Positions 34,993 to 45,674 of a stretch of DNA of 64,000 bases are shown here, in pieces; the first letter of the stretch is position 1; every line of letters begins with the position of its first letter. The notes under the pieces are model-generated. The model worked only from the letters and a program-made list of their open reading frames with translations, did not search any database and had not been told where the DNA came from. Both the position numbers and the translations under genes were made by a program. The DNA lies in the NCBI GenBank assembly GCA_963710605.1, contig CAVQBA010000007.1, positions 448,001-512,000 of the forward strand, given 5' to 3'. Source of the stretch: an uncultured cyanobacterium. Lineage in GTDB: Bacteria; Cyanobacteriota; Cyanobacteriia; Cyanobacteriales; Cyanobacteriaceae.

Positions 34993-35265
34993 ATGAATAT
35001 ATTTGGTATTGGACTACCAGAATTAGTTGTTATTTTTGGAGTGGCTTTATTAATTTTTGGTCCTAAAAAGTTACCTGAAATAGGTAAAACTTTGGGTAAA
35101 ACTTTAAAGGGTTTCCAACAGGCTTCTCAAGAATTTCAAGATGAATTCAAAAAAGAAGTCGATAAAATTGAAGAAACTGTATCTATGAATGCACAATTAG
35201 AGTCTGGTAAAGAAATGGAAGTAGAACCAACTGCTTCTGAAGAAAAAACTAAAACTAACAGCTAA
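34993..35265 (+). CDS. tatA: Twin-arginine translocase TatA/E subunit
   Basis: FGIGLPEL..LLIFGPKKLPEIGK. Confidence 0.93.
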   Translation: MNIFGIGLPELVVIFGVALLIFGPKKLPEIGKTLGKTLKGFQQASQEFQDEFKKEVDKIEETVSMNAQLESGKEMEVEPTASEEKTKTNS

Positions 35266-35544
35266 TTAATTATTAGAAACAAAACAATTAATTATTGATT
35301 ATGGATTACTAATTGTTTTTTAAATCAAATGTTTTAACTAACTATTTCTCTGTTTCAGCTTTGTTTTTGATTGATTAAGATCAATCGATATTTGATGAAG
35401 CTGAACTTTTTTTGTCTGCTTCCACAACTCATTTGCTGTAATTTAGATTGAAGATTATTTCTCAGAATAAAGTTTTCACGACAACAAACTAATCATCATA
35501 TTTATTTGTTAAAGTAAATTCACATAGTAGGAAATAAATCGTAT

Positions 35545-36063
35545 ATGAACTTAGGTAAAACAATTATAGCTTCAACATTATTATTAACCATGGGTTTGTT
35601 TACATCTAGTTGCACATCAAGACAAATAGTCGTTGCCGAGCCTGAATTAGTCTCTACATCTGTCAGTTATTCCGCCAGTGATTTAGAAAAATCAGTCCAT
35701 AAACAAATAAACAAATATCGTGCATCCAAAAATTTACCAAGACTAGAAATGGATGCTGTAATTAGCCAAGAAGCGAAAAATCATAGTTTAGCGATGGCAA
35801 ATAAAAAAACTCCTTTCTCTCATGACGGTTTTAAGCAAAGAGTAGATAATATCGGTAATCAAATTGTTTATCGTAGTGCCGCAGAAAACGTCGCTTTTAA
35901 TTACGGACATAAAAATCCTGTAGATAGTGCAGTTAAAGGCTGGTTAGAAAGTCCTGGACATTATAAAAATATAATTGGTAAATTTGATAAAACAGGTGTT
36001 GGTGTGGTGCAAAATGAAAAAGGAGAATATTATTTTACACAGATTTTTATTTTATCTAGGTAA
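35545..36063 (+). CDS. CAP/SCP-domain lipoprotein
   Basis: Lipobox-like TSSC, FSHDG, AENVA, WLESPGHYKNI, YFTQIF. Confidence 0.9.
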   Translation: MNLGKTIIASTLLLTMGLFTSSCTSRQIVVAEPELVSTSVSYSASDLEKSVHKQINKYRASKNLPRLEMDAVISQEAKNHSLAMANKKTPFSHDGFKQRVDNIGNQIVYRSAAENVAFNYGHKNPVDSAVKGWLESPGHYKNIIGKFDKTGVGVVQNEKGEYYFTQIFILSR

Positions 36064-36067
36064 TTAA

Positions 36068-37039
36068 ATGAGATTTAAGAATAAATTCCTCAAAATTATA
36101 TTATCTGGATTATTAATCTTGACGATAATTCTTTCTATAGGTAGTTTATTTTGGAAAAGCTATCCTTTAGAGTTATTCTCTAATTTTAGAGTTTATTACC
36201 TTTTACTTTCTATTACGATTTTTGTTATTTATTTAATACTGCAAATTAGAGGATTAGAAACTAAATTATTCATCTATTTTTCCTTAGTATTAGTCATATT
36301 CAATGCTTTCTGGATTATTCCTTGGTATCTGCCCGATTCTAGATTGTCAGATGCAACTGATCAAGTTAGAGTTTTGACTTTTAATATTAATATTGGTAAT
36401 AATAATTGGGATACGATCGCTAATGATATCCAAAAATTAAAACCAAATCTTGTGTGTATTAGTGAGGGTAGTATTCGCTCAACAGAAGAATTATCGCAAC
36501 GATTAAAAAATTCTTTTCCTTATATTTATAGTATTCCAGATAGTAGTGAACTATCTATTTTTAGCCAATTTCCCTTGATTTCACCACACCGTGAAAAATT
36601 TGAGCACGGTACTATTTTGACTACTTCCTTAGAAATAAACAAAAAAACCATCAAAATAATTACGACTCACCCTTTTGCACCTGTTAATTTACAGCTTTTC
36701 GAGTCTCGCAATCAACTTTTAGAAGAAATAACCAATTATATTCAACAGCAAACAACTCCGATAATTTTTTTAGGAGACATGAATATTACGATTTGGTCAT
36801 CTTATTATTTACAATTAGTTAAAAATACGAATCTTTATAATACTCGTTTAGGATTTGGCATACAACCATCTTGGGTTGAATTGACAACTTATTTTGACAA
36901 ACCAAAATGGATAACTAATATAATTAAAATTCCGATCGATCATATTTTAGTGACTAATCAGATTGAGGTTTTAGATTGTCAAACAATTAAAGCAGGTAAT
37001 TCAGATCATCGAATACTTTGGAGTGATTTAATTATCTAA
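36068..37039 (+). CDS. Endonuclease/exonuclease/phosphatase-family membrane protein
   Basis: N-terminal TM helices, LTFNI, GDMN, IDHIL, SDHR. Confidence 0.88.
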   Translation: MRFKNKFLKIILSGLLILTIILSIGSLFWKSYPLELFSNFRVYYLLLSITIFVIYLILQIRGLETKLFIYFSLVLVIFNAFWIIPWYLPDSRLSDATDQVRVLTFNINIGNNNWDTIANDIQKLKPNLVCISEGSIRSTEELSQRLKNSFPYIYSIPDSSELSIFSQFPLISPHREKFEHGTILTTSLEINKKTIKIITTHPFAPVNLQLFESRNQLLEEITNYIQQQTTPIIFLGDMNITIWSSYYLQLVKNTNLYNTRLGFGIQPSWVELTTYFDKPKWITNIIKIPIDHILVTNQIEVLDCQTIKAGNSDHRILWSDLII

Positions 37040-37049
37040 ATCATATCTT

Positions 37050-38342
37050 TTAATTTTGTTGTAAATTAGCCAGAAAATAACCTAAAAGATAAAGTGAACC
37101 ACAAAGAACGATCGTTTGCTTCTCAGTATTTACTTTAGTCACTATCTGGTTTAAACCAACAAATAAATCGGCATATATTTTCACTTCTTCTAGATGAGGA
37201 TTAACATCACCAGCGATCGTTGCTAATTGAGATGGTGATGCGGTACTATGATCGGGTACAGGAACGAGATAAAGTCGATCGTTTGCCCGTAACAATTGAT
37301 TAAACACCCCATGATGATCTTTTGTCGCTAACATCCCCATTACCCATACAATTGGTTGATTAAGTGTATCGATATATTGTCGTAATGCTTTAGCCGCCTC
37401 TACATTATGCGCTCCATCAATTAATAATTTTGTTCCTTGCCATTGTATCCATTCCATTCTGCCCCGCCAACGAGCATTCTTCATTCCTTCGACAATAGCA
37501 GTTTGAGCGATTTGCCATCCTTGTTGTCGTAAGCTTTCGATAGTAGCAATAGCTAAGGCTGAATTTTGTAATTGGATATCACCTGCAAGGGCTAAAGGAT
37601 ATTCTATTTGGTTATAGTTTGCCCAATTATGACGATCGCGCAGCGCCGACAAGTGCCGATCGTCTTTACTAATTTTGGTGGCAGGTTTTACCCACGTAAT
37701 GGTAGAGTTTAATTGATTTGCTTTTTGAGCGATAACTTTTTGTGCTTCTGGTGGTAGTTGTCCGACAATTACAGGGCATGAAGGTTTAATTATTCCTGCT
37801 TTTTCAAAGGCAATTTTAGCTAATGTATCTCCTAATCTTTGCCAATGTTCTCGACTAATAGAAACAATTATACTAGCAAGGCATCGATCGCAGACATTCG
37901 TTGCGTCTAATCTACCACCTAAACCAACTTCCATCACCACTACATCAACTTCCTTTTGAGCAAAATAAAGCCAAGCGGCGGCAGTAATGATTTCAAATTG
38001 AGTTGGTATTTCACCTTGATAATTCTTAATTACCTTTTGTATTTGAATTAAAATCTTGATTAATTCTACTTGCTCGATCGGTTTTTCATTAATACAGATT
38101 CTTTCTCTCCAATCGATTAAATGAGGAGATGTATATCTACCTGTTTTGTAACCTGCTTGAGTTAAAACAGAGGATAAATAAGCACAAACAGAGCCTTTTC
38201 CATTCGTTCCTCCTACATGAATTAGAGATACTTTATTTTGAGGATTATCTAGTAAATTTAGTAATTTTTTAATTCTTTCTAATCCTAAGTTAATCCCGAA
38301 CTTTTTGAAAGGTTCTAATATTTCCTCAACTGTATTTAGCAT
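37050..38342 (-). CDS. folC: Folylpolyglutamate synthase / dihydrofolate synthase
   Basis: HVGGTNGKGS, YTSPHL, EVGLGGRLDATN, IDGAHN, GSLYL. Confidence 0.95.
   Translation of the reverse strand: MLNTVEEILEPFKKFGINLGLERIKKLLNLLDNPQNKVSLIHVGGTNGKGSVCAYLSSVLTQAGYKTGRYTSPHLIDWRERICINEKPIEQVELIKILIQIQKVIKNYQGEIPTQFEIITAAAWLYFAQKEVDVVVMEVGLGGRLDATNVCDRCLASIIVSISREHWQRLGDTLAKIAFEKAGIIKPSCPVIVGQLPPEAQKVIAQKANQLNSTITWVKPATKISKDDRHLSALRDRHNWANYNQIEYPLALAGDIQLQNSALAIATIESLRQQGWQIAQTAIVEGMKNARWRGRMEWIQWQGTKLLIDGAHNVEAAKALRQYIDTLNQPIVWVMGMLATKDHHGVFNQLLRANDRLYLVPVPDHSTASPSQLATIAGDVNPHLEEVKIYADLFVGLNQIVTKVNTEKQTIVLCGSLYLLGYFLANLQQN
37633..37662. repeat. 24-bp in-frame insertion between duplicated CGATCG sites inside folC
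   Basis: CGATCG-CGCAGCGCCGACAAGTGC-CGATCG; related copy at 49904-49933. Confidence 0.7.
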
Positions 38343-38710
38343 TTATTTGTAATAATAGAATTAATTTGATTCTCTAATTGTGGTTTTATTTATCATTATT
38401 TTATGATAATTTATTTTGCTAAATTTTAATCAAGAATTAATCAAGCTTTTACCATTATTTACTATAGCAGAGAACGAGTTGATTAAGACATGGTATAAGA
38501 ACGAAAGCTATACCATATGAGCATTTTAACTTTGCACGAGTGCCCTTTTGACCGCACAAAAAAAAGAGCCGATAATAGCCCTTTGGAAAATTATTTTTTA
38601 TAGTTATTGTCAATATAATTTTTTATCTTAATTTTATTTTTTACTATTCAAAATTAGACAAGTTGATTAAGACGAGTTAGTTTTGAAAATAAATAAACGC
38701 AATTAGTAAC

Positions 38711-39031
38711 CTAACTGATTGTAGTTAGAGAAGCGGTATTTCCTTTAACTTGAGGTTTAATCATTCTTAAACTAGGAAAAAGAAAATGATTTTCTTCAAC
38801 ATATTGAGCCCCAAATAATCCTTTTTCAGCCCAAAAGTATCGATCGGTGGTATGCTCATTTCGTTTAACGACTAACAAAGCAGGAGGCATAATATTGTTA
38901 GATCTAATATGTTTACGAGCGGCGGTCACTGGCTTGTCTTCGCCACTTTCGATATGAAAATGAGTTACTAATTCTAAGATTTTACGTCCCTCGAGGCGAC
39001 GACGACTTTTGCGTTTTCTTTTTCTCGCCAA
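38711..39031 (-). CDS. Conserved cyanobacterial protein (DUF3155-like)
   Basis: MARKRKRKSRRR..RNEHTTDRYFWAEKGLFGAQY. Confidence 0.8.
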   Translation of the reverse strand: MARKRKRKSRRRLEGRKILELVTHFHIESGEDKPVTAARKHIRSNNIMPPALLVVKRNEHTTDRYFWAEKGLFGAQYVEENHFLFPSLRMIKPQVKGNTASLTTIS

Positions 39032-39185
39032 TTTTACATCCTCCTTTATATAAGAAATGTTATTTTTATTACATTTGTTGAGTGATTATATAATTTTTTT
39101 ATCAGAAAGTCAATACCTAATCAGAATCTTTTTCAATAAACAAGCCAATTTACCGATAACGTGCGAACAGATTAGGTTTTAGGGG

Positions 39186-39405
39186 TTAGGGATTAGGGAT
39201 TAGGGAATAGGGATTAGGGATTAGGGAATAGGGAATAGGGATTAGGGATTAGGGAATAGGGAATAAAAATAATTTACTTGTTACTTATTACTTATTACTC
39301 CTTACTTATTACTTCTTACTTCTTACTCTTTACTTCTTACTCCTTACTCCTTACTCTTTACTCATTACTCCTTACTCCTTACTTCTTACTTCTTACTCAT
39401 TACTT
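39186..39405. repeat. Two adjacent heptamer arrays: TAGGGA(A/T) then TTACT-based units
   Basis: Read directly upstream of rpsP. Confidence 0.9.
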
Positions 39406-39513
39406 TCATTTTTAATGATTGTGTTTTAGCAATCGGGAACAAATTTGAGTATTATAGTAAAGGTTAATTAAAATTTAACAGTCAAAACTTATATTGTAAA
39501 TAGTTCAATTAAT

Positions 39514-39762
39514 ATGGTTAAGTTACGTTTAAAAAGATTAGGTAAGAAAAGAGAAGTAAGTTATCGTATTGTGGCGATGAATAGTCGTAATCGCCGTGAT
39601 GGTAGAGTATTAGAAGAATTAGGTTTTTATAATCCTAGAAATGATGATGTGAGATTAAATACACCTGCAATCATCGCTCGTCTAAAGCAAGGAGCGCAAC
39701 CTACTGAAACAGTACGTAGTCTTTTAAATAAAGCTAAAGTATTTGAACAAATAAATGGTTAA
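39514..39762 (+). CDS. rpsP: 30S ribosomal protein S16
   Basis: [36 protein letters not shown]. Confidence 0.97.
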   Translation: MVKLRLKRLGKKREVSYRIVAMNSRNRRDGRVLEELGFYNPRNDDVRLNTPAIIARLKQGAQPTETVRSLLNKAKVFEQING

Positions 39763-40177
39763 TATCGAAACGAGCGTTACCAATAATCTTTGTACACCTG
39801 ATTATGACGGTTTAGTTCGTTTTTTAATTGAACCGTTACTTGAATCTCCGAGTTTGTTATCTTTTGATTGTGAACAAATATCTAGCACCAAAAGAGTTTG
39901 GATTCGCCTAGCCTTTGAGGATAACGATAAAGGCAAAATTTATGGTCGAGGTGGACGTAATATCCAAGCCGTAAGAAATGTATTACAAACTGCGGCACAA
40001 ACCGCAGGTGAAACTCTCTATTTAGAGATATATGATGAACAAGCAGTACGTGGTAGAATGAAACGATCGCATTCTGATTTTCGACCACCTCAACCGACGG
40101 GTAATCATTCAAAAGACAATTTTGATCGTCGTCCTCGTAAAAGGAGTGCAGCCCCAATTACTAAACCCCAAATCTAG
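39755..40177 (+). CDS. khpA: KH-domain RNA-binding protein (KhpA-like)
   Basis: [15 protein letters not shown] GxxG loop; directly after rpsP. Confidence 0.85.
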   Translation: MVNIETSVTNNLCTPDYDGLVRFLIEPLLESPSLLSFDCEQISSTKRVWIRLAFEDNDKGKIYGRGGRNIQAVRNVLQTAAQTAGETLYLEIYDEQAVRGRMKRSHSDFRPPQPTGNHSKDNFDRRPRKRSAAPITKPQI

Positions 40178-40210
40178 CTTAGTATAGCAAATTTGAATAT
40201 ATAATCATCT

Positions 40211-40253
40211 AAACGTTACAACCACTTCAGTAGTAAATGATTGTAGCGTTTTT
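40211..40253 (+). terminator. Putative terminator after rpsP-khpA
   Basis: AAACGTTACAA...TTGTAGCGTTTTT stem. Confidence 0.5.
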
Positions 40254-40272
40254 ATTTATTCTGAATTAGATA

Positions 40273-41055
40273 ATGACAATGACAATGACAAAAATATTAG
40301 TTAGTGACTTTGATGGTGTAATTTGTAATGGTTTATCAGAATACTTTCATTCAAGTGAGTTAGTTTATCAACAGATTTGGTCTTCTAATGATGATCTAGC
40401 CTCTTTACGCTCAGAATTTAATCAATTACGCCCCGTTGTCGAAACAGGTTGGGAAATGCCTTTATTACTTAGAGCATTAATTTTAAATAAAGATATCACC
40501 TCAATGCTCAACCATTGGCATACAATCAAACAAGAGATGGTAAGCGAACTTCAAACACAAGGTATTACTGTTGCCGAGCTTACCCAACTCTTAGATCAAG
40601 TTAGACAACAACAAATTACTGAAAACTTGGATAAGTGGCTGAGTTTACATAGTTTTTATGATGGTGTAATTGATAAACTTAAACAATCAATCGAGCAAAA
40701 CATAACCTTATATATTATCACCACCAAAGAAGGTAGTTTTACCCGTACATTACTCGAACAACAAGGTGTCTTTTTGCCTGAAGATACTATTTTTGGTAAA
40801 GAAGTCAAACGCCCTAAATACGAAACTTTAAAATTGATTATCGATCGAGAACAAATATCACCCTCACAGATATATTTTATCGAAGATCGTTTACCTGCAT
40901 TAGAATTAGTTGCCCAGCAACCTGAATTAGAAAAAGTGAACTTATTATTTGCCAATTGGGGATACAATACTAAATCGGCAACTGAAAAAGCCGAAAAAAT
41001 TGCTAGAGTTAAAGTATTATCATTAGCTAATTTTACAGGTAATGATGTATTCTAA
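40273..41055 (+). CDS. HAD-family hydrolase
   Basis: DFDGVI motif I, TTK, IEDR, WGYN. Confidence 0.88.
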   Translation: MTMTMTKILVSDFDGVICNGLSEYFHSSELVYQQIWSSNDDLASLRSEFNQLRPVVETGWEMPLLLRALILNKDITSMLNHWHTIKQEMVSELQTQGITVAELTQLLDQVRQQQITENLDKWLSLHSFYDGVIDKLKQSIEQNITLYIITTKEGSFTRTLLEQQGVFLPEDTIFGKEVKRPKYETLKLIIDREQISPSQIYFIEDRLPALELVAQQPELEKVNLLFANWGYNTKSATEKAEKIARVKVLSLANFTGNDVF

Positions 41056-41092
41056 AATGGGTGGGGTGTTGTTTGAAACCTAATTTGCTTAT

Positions 41093-41680
41093 ATGAGTTA
41101 CACGACAGAAGAACTAATCAAATTTTTGGAGTTGGAATTAAGAGCTACGTGGGGGGGAAAAAGGTTAATTTTTAACGCTGAGGAAAAATTAGATAATCCC
41201 ATTGTAGCCAAAGCAATTGACTTAGATAAAATGAGTCGAGTGTTTGTTTTTCGTGATTTTCGTGAACAAATACATGACTATCAACAACAACATCAGGTTT
41301 CGGGTGTGGTGGGGCGAAACATCACGTTTAATGAGCAATCAATTACTTTTCCTGAAGTTTATAATCAATTAATTGCGATCGAAGGTGATAAAGAAATTTT
41401 AATGAGAGCGAAGAGTAAAGTACTCGATTTTTGGCGTAAAACTACTGTCGATATGAAATATTATCTCTCAAGCGATCGTGAATCGGTAATTAGTTCAGAT
41501 TTATTCGAGCAATTATGCTCAGAAGCCGAATGGGCAGAATTAGACGCAGGTAAAGAGGAAATCTATTTAGGATTATGTTGGGGAAACCCAAAAGAGTATA
41601 TCTATCAATGGGCAAAGCCTGACTCTGGTTTTTATCGCATCATAGCTAGTCATACTCAACCCAGTGCAATTAATATTTAA
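41093..41680 (+). CDS. Conserved hypothetical protein
   Basis: 195-aa ORF with native-looking codon usage. Confidence 0.7.
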   Translation: MSYTTEELIKFLELELRATWGGKRLIFNAEEKLDNPIVAKAIDLDKMSRVFVFRDFREQIHDYQQQHQVSGVVGRNITFNEQSITFPEVYNQLIAIEGDKEILMRAKSKVLDFWRKTTVDMKYYLSSDRESVISSDLFEQLCSEAEWAELDAGKEEIYLGLCWGNPKEYIYQWAKPDSGFYRIIASHTQPSAINI

Positions 41681-41737
41681 GACAATTAGCAATCAGTAAT
41701 ACTTCGGAAGTTCGCTCAGTATAAATTAACAATTAAA

Positions 41738-41832
41738 ACTTCTTACTTCTTACTCCTTACTTCTTACTCCTTACTCCTTACTCCTTACTTCTTACTCCTT
41801 ACTCCTTACTCCTTACTCCTTACTCCTTACTC
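41738..41832. repeat. Heptamer tandem repeat (TTACTCC/TTACTTC)
   Basis: Read directly. Confidence 0.9.
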
Positions 41833-41859
41833 AAAAAACTATTAACTATTAACTATTAA

Positions 41860-42036
41860 TTAATCCAGTCCCCATTGGTGTTTGAGAGTATCTTTATAAA
41901 TATTTTCTCTGACTAACATCTCTTTGTATAACTGTACCAAAAAGTCTTGTGCTTGTTCTCTATCCATTTTTACCACCTCATTGGCAAAAGAATGTAAACT
42001 AAATTGCTGTTCTAAAGATAATTTGTTGTTAGACAT
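41860..42036 (-). CDS. nblA: Phycobilisome degradation protein NblA (not in ORF track)
   Basis: Hand translation MSNNKLSLEQQFSLHSFANEVVKMDREQAQDFLVQLYKEMLVRENIYKDTLKHQWGLD*. Confidence 0.93.
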   Translation of the reverse strand: MSNNKLSLEQQFSLHSFANEVVKMDREQAQDFLVQLYKEMLVRENIYKDTLKHQWGLD

Positions 42037-42324
42037 AATTTTTTTTGATTCTCCTTTACTTTAAAAGCAAGATAATTATTTTGGTTAAAACACATCTAAG
42101 TTTAAATGTCAAACCAAAGTTACTTTACTTAATAAATATCATAGCTATTTGAACAAAAATGTTTATCACGAACAATAAGTATAATTACTCATTGACATTG
42201 AAGATAAATAGACATATGAGAAAACAGCAAAATAATAAATAGTGATGAATTACAGCCAATATGCTCAAAATCAAAAGTAGATTAGATAAAAAAAACTAAT
42301 AGCGATGAATTGGATTAATCAAAT

Positions 42325-44772
42325 TTATTTGAGATTTTCAACTAACCAATAATCATTATATTTTTGGCTAAAAATAGAGATAGCTTCATCAGTGTTTACT
42401 TCTAAATCTGCTTGATTAATATCGACAATCATTTGATACAGTAGTTCAAAAAGAACACGCTCGTCACGATCGCTGATGATAAAATTACCATTATCAAGAT
42501 AGTTTAACTTTTTAATTTCTTGTCTTCCTACCTTTCCTGAAACTTCTCCTTCTCGATCGTCTCTGAGTAGATAAAATTTGGTTTTAGGGTAAGATAAAGC
42601 TAGTTGATTGAAATTTTTAATTCTGGAAGTAAAAGCTGAGCCTCCAATATTTAAAAATCCAACCACAAATTCAAGGTCATTTTTAGTTATAAGTAGATGA
42701 GGAGGTAATATTTTTTTACCTAATGCTAACTGATCTTTTTCAATAGAGGAATTGTCAATTTCAAATCCTTCAATGATAGTAACTAATTTGCCATAGTCAT
42801 CATCATCAGTAATAATATGGGGGTTATGATAGTTTTTGTCTAGTTGTTTTTGGTTGACTTGTAGATAATCATCAATGATGTTAGTATATGCGTCATCAAT
42901 CTGAGGAGAAACTGTTTGTTTTTCTTCTGGGAAGGAATTATCTTGAGTTATATTTTCAACTAAAGGAGTACAAATATTAATAATCTGTTGAAGTGCATTT
43001 TCTAATTTGCCTACTCTTTGCTCAATATCAAGAGTATTTTTCGGTTTGTATTCTTGAGGTAAAGCAATCTCGCAAACACGATAACGATAATAGTCAGATG
43101 CTTTATTAATTACTTTCCTGATTGACGATTGAGACAAAATAACTTTTAAATCATCATCAGTAAATAATTGGTTTAAATCACAACCTTTTTGTTGACATTT
43201 TAATTGTAATATTTGTGTTAATTCTTCTATTGAAGGGGTTTGAAGAGTAATTTGATTTAATGATAATCGATCGGTGACAGAATTATCCCAATAATTGCGG
43301 AAATGTTGCCAACGATCGGGAAAAAGATTGACTATAATCAAACTATTAGGTACAACAGTGATAATTTCTCTTACAGCATTACCAAAACTTTCGAGAATAG
43401 CTGGACGATTAATCAATGACTCTAACTGATCAAAAACAATAATTAATGGCTCATCTAAAGTAGATAACTGAGCAAATAAACGAATCGCTTCTAAGGCGAA
43501 ATCTTCCTTACTTAAATTGTCTTCTTGCCAATTGTTTAAACCTATTTCTTTAATGATAGGATCATCTGAGACTATTCCGGCTAACCATCTTCTTACTTTA
43601 TCTTTATAGTTAATACCTCTTGTTACATCATCCTTGTAACGACAGAATTTCAAAATCCCTTGAAGTATGTAAGGGCTGTAACCTCCTGTAGAATAGTTAC
43701 TTTCCCACCATTTTATTACTTTACTTTCAATATATTTCCAATTATCGGTATGTTTTGGACTACCTTGTTTTCCTAAACGTTTGTAAAGGATTAAGTTATC
43801 ATTTTCCAGTGCTTTGATGATACCACTTAATTTTTCAGTTTGCTCCTTTACTTGGATTAGTTTTAAAATACGGGTAAATGTACGGGCTAAGAGTAAATCT
43901 AATTGAGTAGTTTGGCTATCAGTCGGCTCAATTTTTTGGGCAAAAGATTCTAAAATACGTGAATAAATATGGTGCATCACCGATTCGGCGTTATTTGGTT
44001 GACGCACATACAACACACGATTAGTTTTTAAAGTTGCTTCGGTTAAACGCATCATTAAATGAGTCTTGCCATTTCCTGCTTCTGCAAGCACAACTGCGGC
44101 TTTACTTTGTTTTTCGATCGATGTATCACTTTTAATCTCTTCTATCAATAACTGAAGATGTTTAAATTGCTTTTGATAAGTAATCGGAAAATCCAAATGT
44201 TTTTGAAAAGGATTATCTACACGATTAGTGCTAAAAGGATTGGTAATAGAAGTGTTAATCACCATCGGCTTATTATTTGAATGAGCAGTTTTTGAGATAA
44301 GGTTTTGATACAATTTTAAAGTAAATTGAGCATCGTAATAAGCACTATGAGCTTTTTGTCTTTCAAAGAGGCGATGGTTAACTTTGAGGAATAATTTATG
44401 AGCCAGATTTTCTAAACTATAACTAGGTAATCGAAAATATTTTTGTTGTGCTAATTTTATTGTACAAACAAATTTTATCGGCGGAAAAGGTTGATGGCAT
44501 TTTTGAAAACTATTGCGAAGTATCTTAGCATCGTGTTGAGCGTTATGACAAACAACTATTTGATTGGCTAGAAGTTTGCTTAAATCTTTGATTATTTCGT
44601 CTAAGGGTTTGCTTTTAAGTTTAGGATTCTTTTTATTGTTTTGATAAATAAATGCTTCATAAATCAATTTTTCTTGATCATTAACGATCGCTATTTCTGT
44701 TAACGTATGACTTCCTTCTGTATCTAAAATCAAAATTATTTTTGAGTCAGTTTTTGTTTTTGAAAATGACAT
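42325..44772 (-). CDS. DEDDh 3'-5' exonuclease fused to a P-loop ATPase
   Basis: LDTEG, HNAQHD, HSAYYDA; Walker A AEAGNGKT; Walker B IIVFDQLE. Confidence 0.85.
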   Translation of the reverse strand: MSFSKTKTDSKIILILDTEGSHTLTEIAIVNDQEKLIYEAFIYQNNKKNPKLKSKPLDEIIKDLSKLLANQIVVCHNAQHDAKILRNSFQKCHQPFPPIKFVCTIKLAQQKYFRLPSYSLENLAHKLFLKVNHRLFERQKAHSAYYDAQFTLKLYQNLISKTAHSNNKPMVINTSITNPFSTNRVDNPFQKHLDFPITYQKQFKHLQLLIEEIKSDTSIEKQSKAAVVLAEAGNGKTHLMMRLTEATLKTNRVLYVRQPNNAESVMHHIYSRILESFAQKIEPTDSQTTQLDLLLARTFTRILKLIQVKEQTEKLSGIIKALENDNLILYKRLGKQGSPKHTDNWKYIESKVIKWWESNYSTGGYSPYILQGILKFCRYKDDVTRGINYKDKVRRWLAGIVSDDPIIKEIGLNNWQEDNLSKEDFALEAIRLFAQLSTLDEPLIIVFDQLESLINRPAILESFGNAVREIITVVPNSLIIVNLFPDRWQHFRNYWDNSVTDRLSLNQITLQTPSIEELTQILQLKCQQKGCDLNQLFTDDDLKVILSQSSIRKVINKASDYYRYRVCEIALPQEYKPKNTLDIEQRVGKLENALQQIINICTPLVENITQDNSFPEEKQTVSPQIDDAYTNIIDDYLQVNQKQLDKNYHNPHIITDDDDYGKLVTIIEGFEIDNSSIEKDQLALGKKILPPHLLITKNDLEFVVGFLNIGGSAFTSRIKNFNQLALSYPKTKFYLLRDDREGEVSGKVGRQEIKKLNYLDNGNFIISDRDERVLFELLYQMIVDINQADLEVNTDEAISIFSQKYNDYWLVENLK

Positions 44773-44965
44773 ACTAAGCTAAAGTGAACTGTTGTGTTGT
44801 TATCAAAATTATTTGTGAAAATCTTATCTCATTTAATATTTCAACAACTGTAGTATTTATTATATTAAAAAAAATTTATTTAAATACTTTTTCTGGGAAA
44901 ACAAATTTTTTTTGCCTTCTGAATTTTTGTTAGTGATTGTTTACTATTGGAGTTGATTATTTATC

Positions 44966-45586
44966 ATGTCGTCATTTATCGGACATAGCTTGATCGGTTC
45001 GACTATATTTGTAGCTAGTAAAAACGATCGAAATCACCGTCTTTTGACCCCTTACTCTTACAGTAATTTAATTTGGTTAGGCTGGTTCATTGTTGTTGCG
45101 AATACACCAGACTTAGACTATATAATCCCTTTTTTACATCCTAGTTCAAACGATGGATTAAGAATAACTCATTCGCTTTTATTTAGTTTAATTTTACCCT
45201 TATCTACATTTGTTTACTTACAATTTAATCTTCAACATAAACAAAAATGGATTAAATATATTATTCCTTTAATATTTGCTGGTTTATCTCATCTGGTATT
45301 AGACTTGTTAGTGGGAGTTACACCCTTACCCTTACTTTTTCCTTTTACTGAAAATACATTTAAGTTACCCTTTGGTATTCTTCCGAGTGCGGGCAAAATA
45401 GATTTATCAAATTACTATTTTTATCATAATTTGGGTATTGAATTAGGAGTAATAATCCCATTGATTTGTATCTTGTTATTAACTAAAAAACAACCAAAAA
45501 TCGATCGTCAAAAATTAATTATCCTAGCTTTATTGTTCTTCATCTCAGTAATATGTATGTATTTAGCATTAAATCTAACCCGATAA
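44966..45586 (+). CDS. Membrane-bound metal-dependent hydrolase (YdjM-like)
   Basis: GHSL, PDLD, RITHSL, SHLVLD. Confidence 0.85.
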   Translation: MSSFIGHSLIGSTIFVASKNDRNHRLLTPYSYSNLIWLGWFIVVANTPDLDYIIPFLHPSSNDGLRITHSLLFSLILPLSTFVYLQFNLQHKQKWIKYIIPLIFAGLSHLVLDLLVGVTPLPLLFPFTENTFKLPFGILPSAGKIDLSNYYFYHNLGIELGVIIPLICILLLTKKQPKIDRQKLIILALLFFISVICMYLALNLTR

Positions 45587-45674
45587 CAATGAACAATGAA
45601 TAATGAATAATGAATAATGAATAATTATCAACTGTTAACTTTTAACTGTTAACTATTAACTATTAACTATTGCC

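Noticed and set aside
39186-39405. Long repeat arrays as CRISPR or a coding repeat
   Set aside because: Ordinary cyanobacterial heptamer STRR arrays; intergenic with no spacers.
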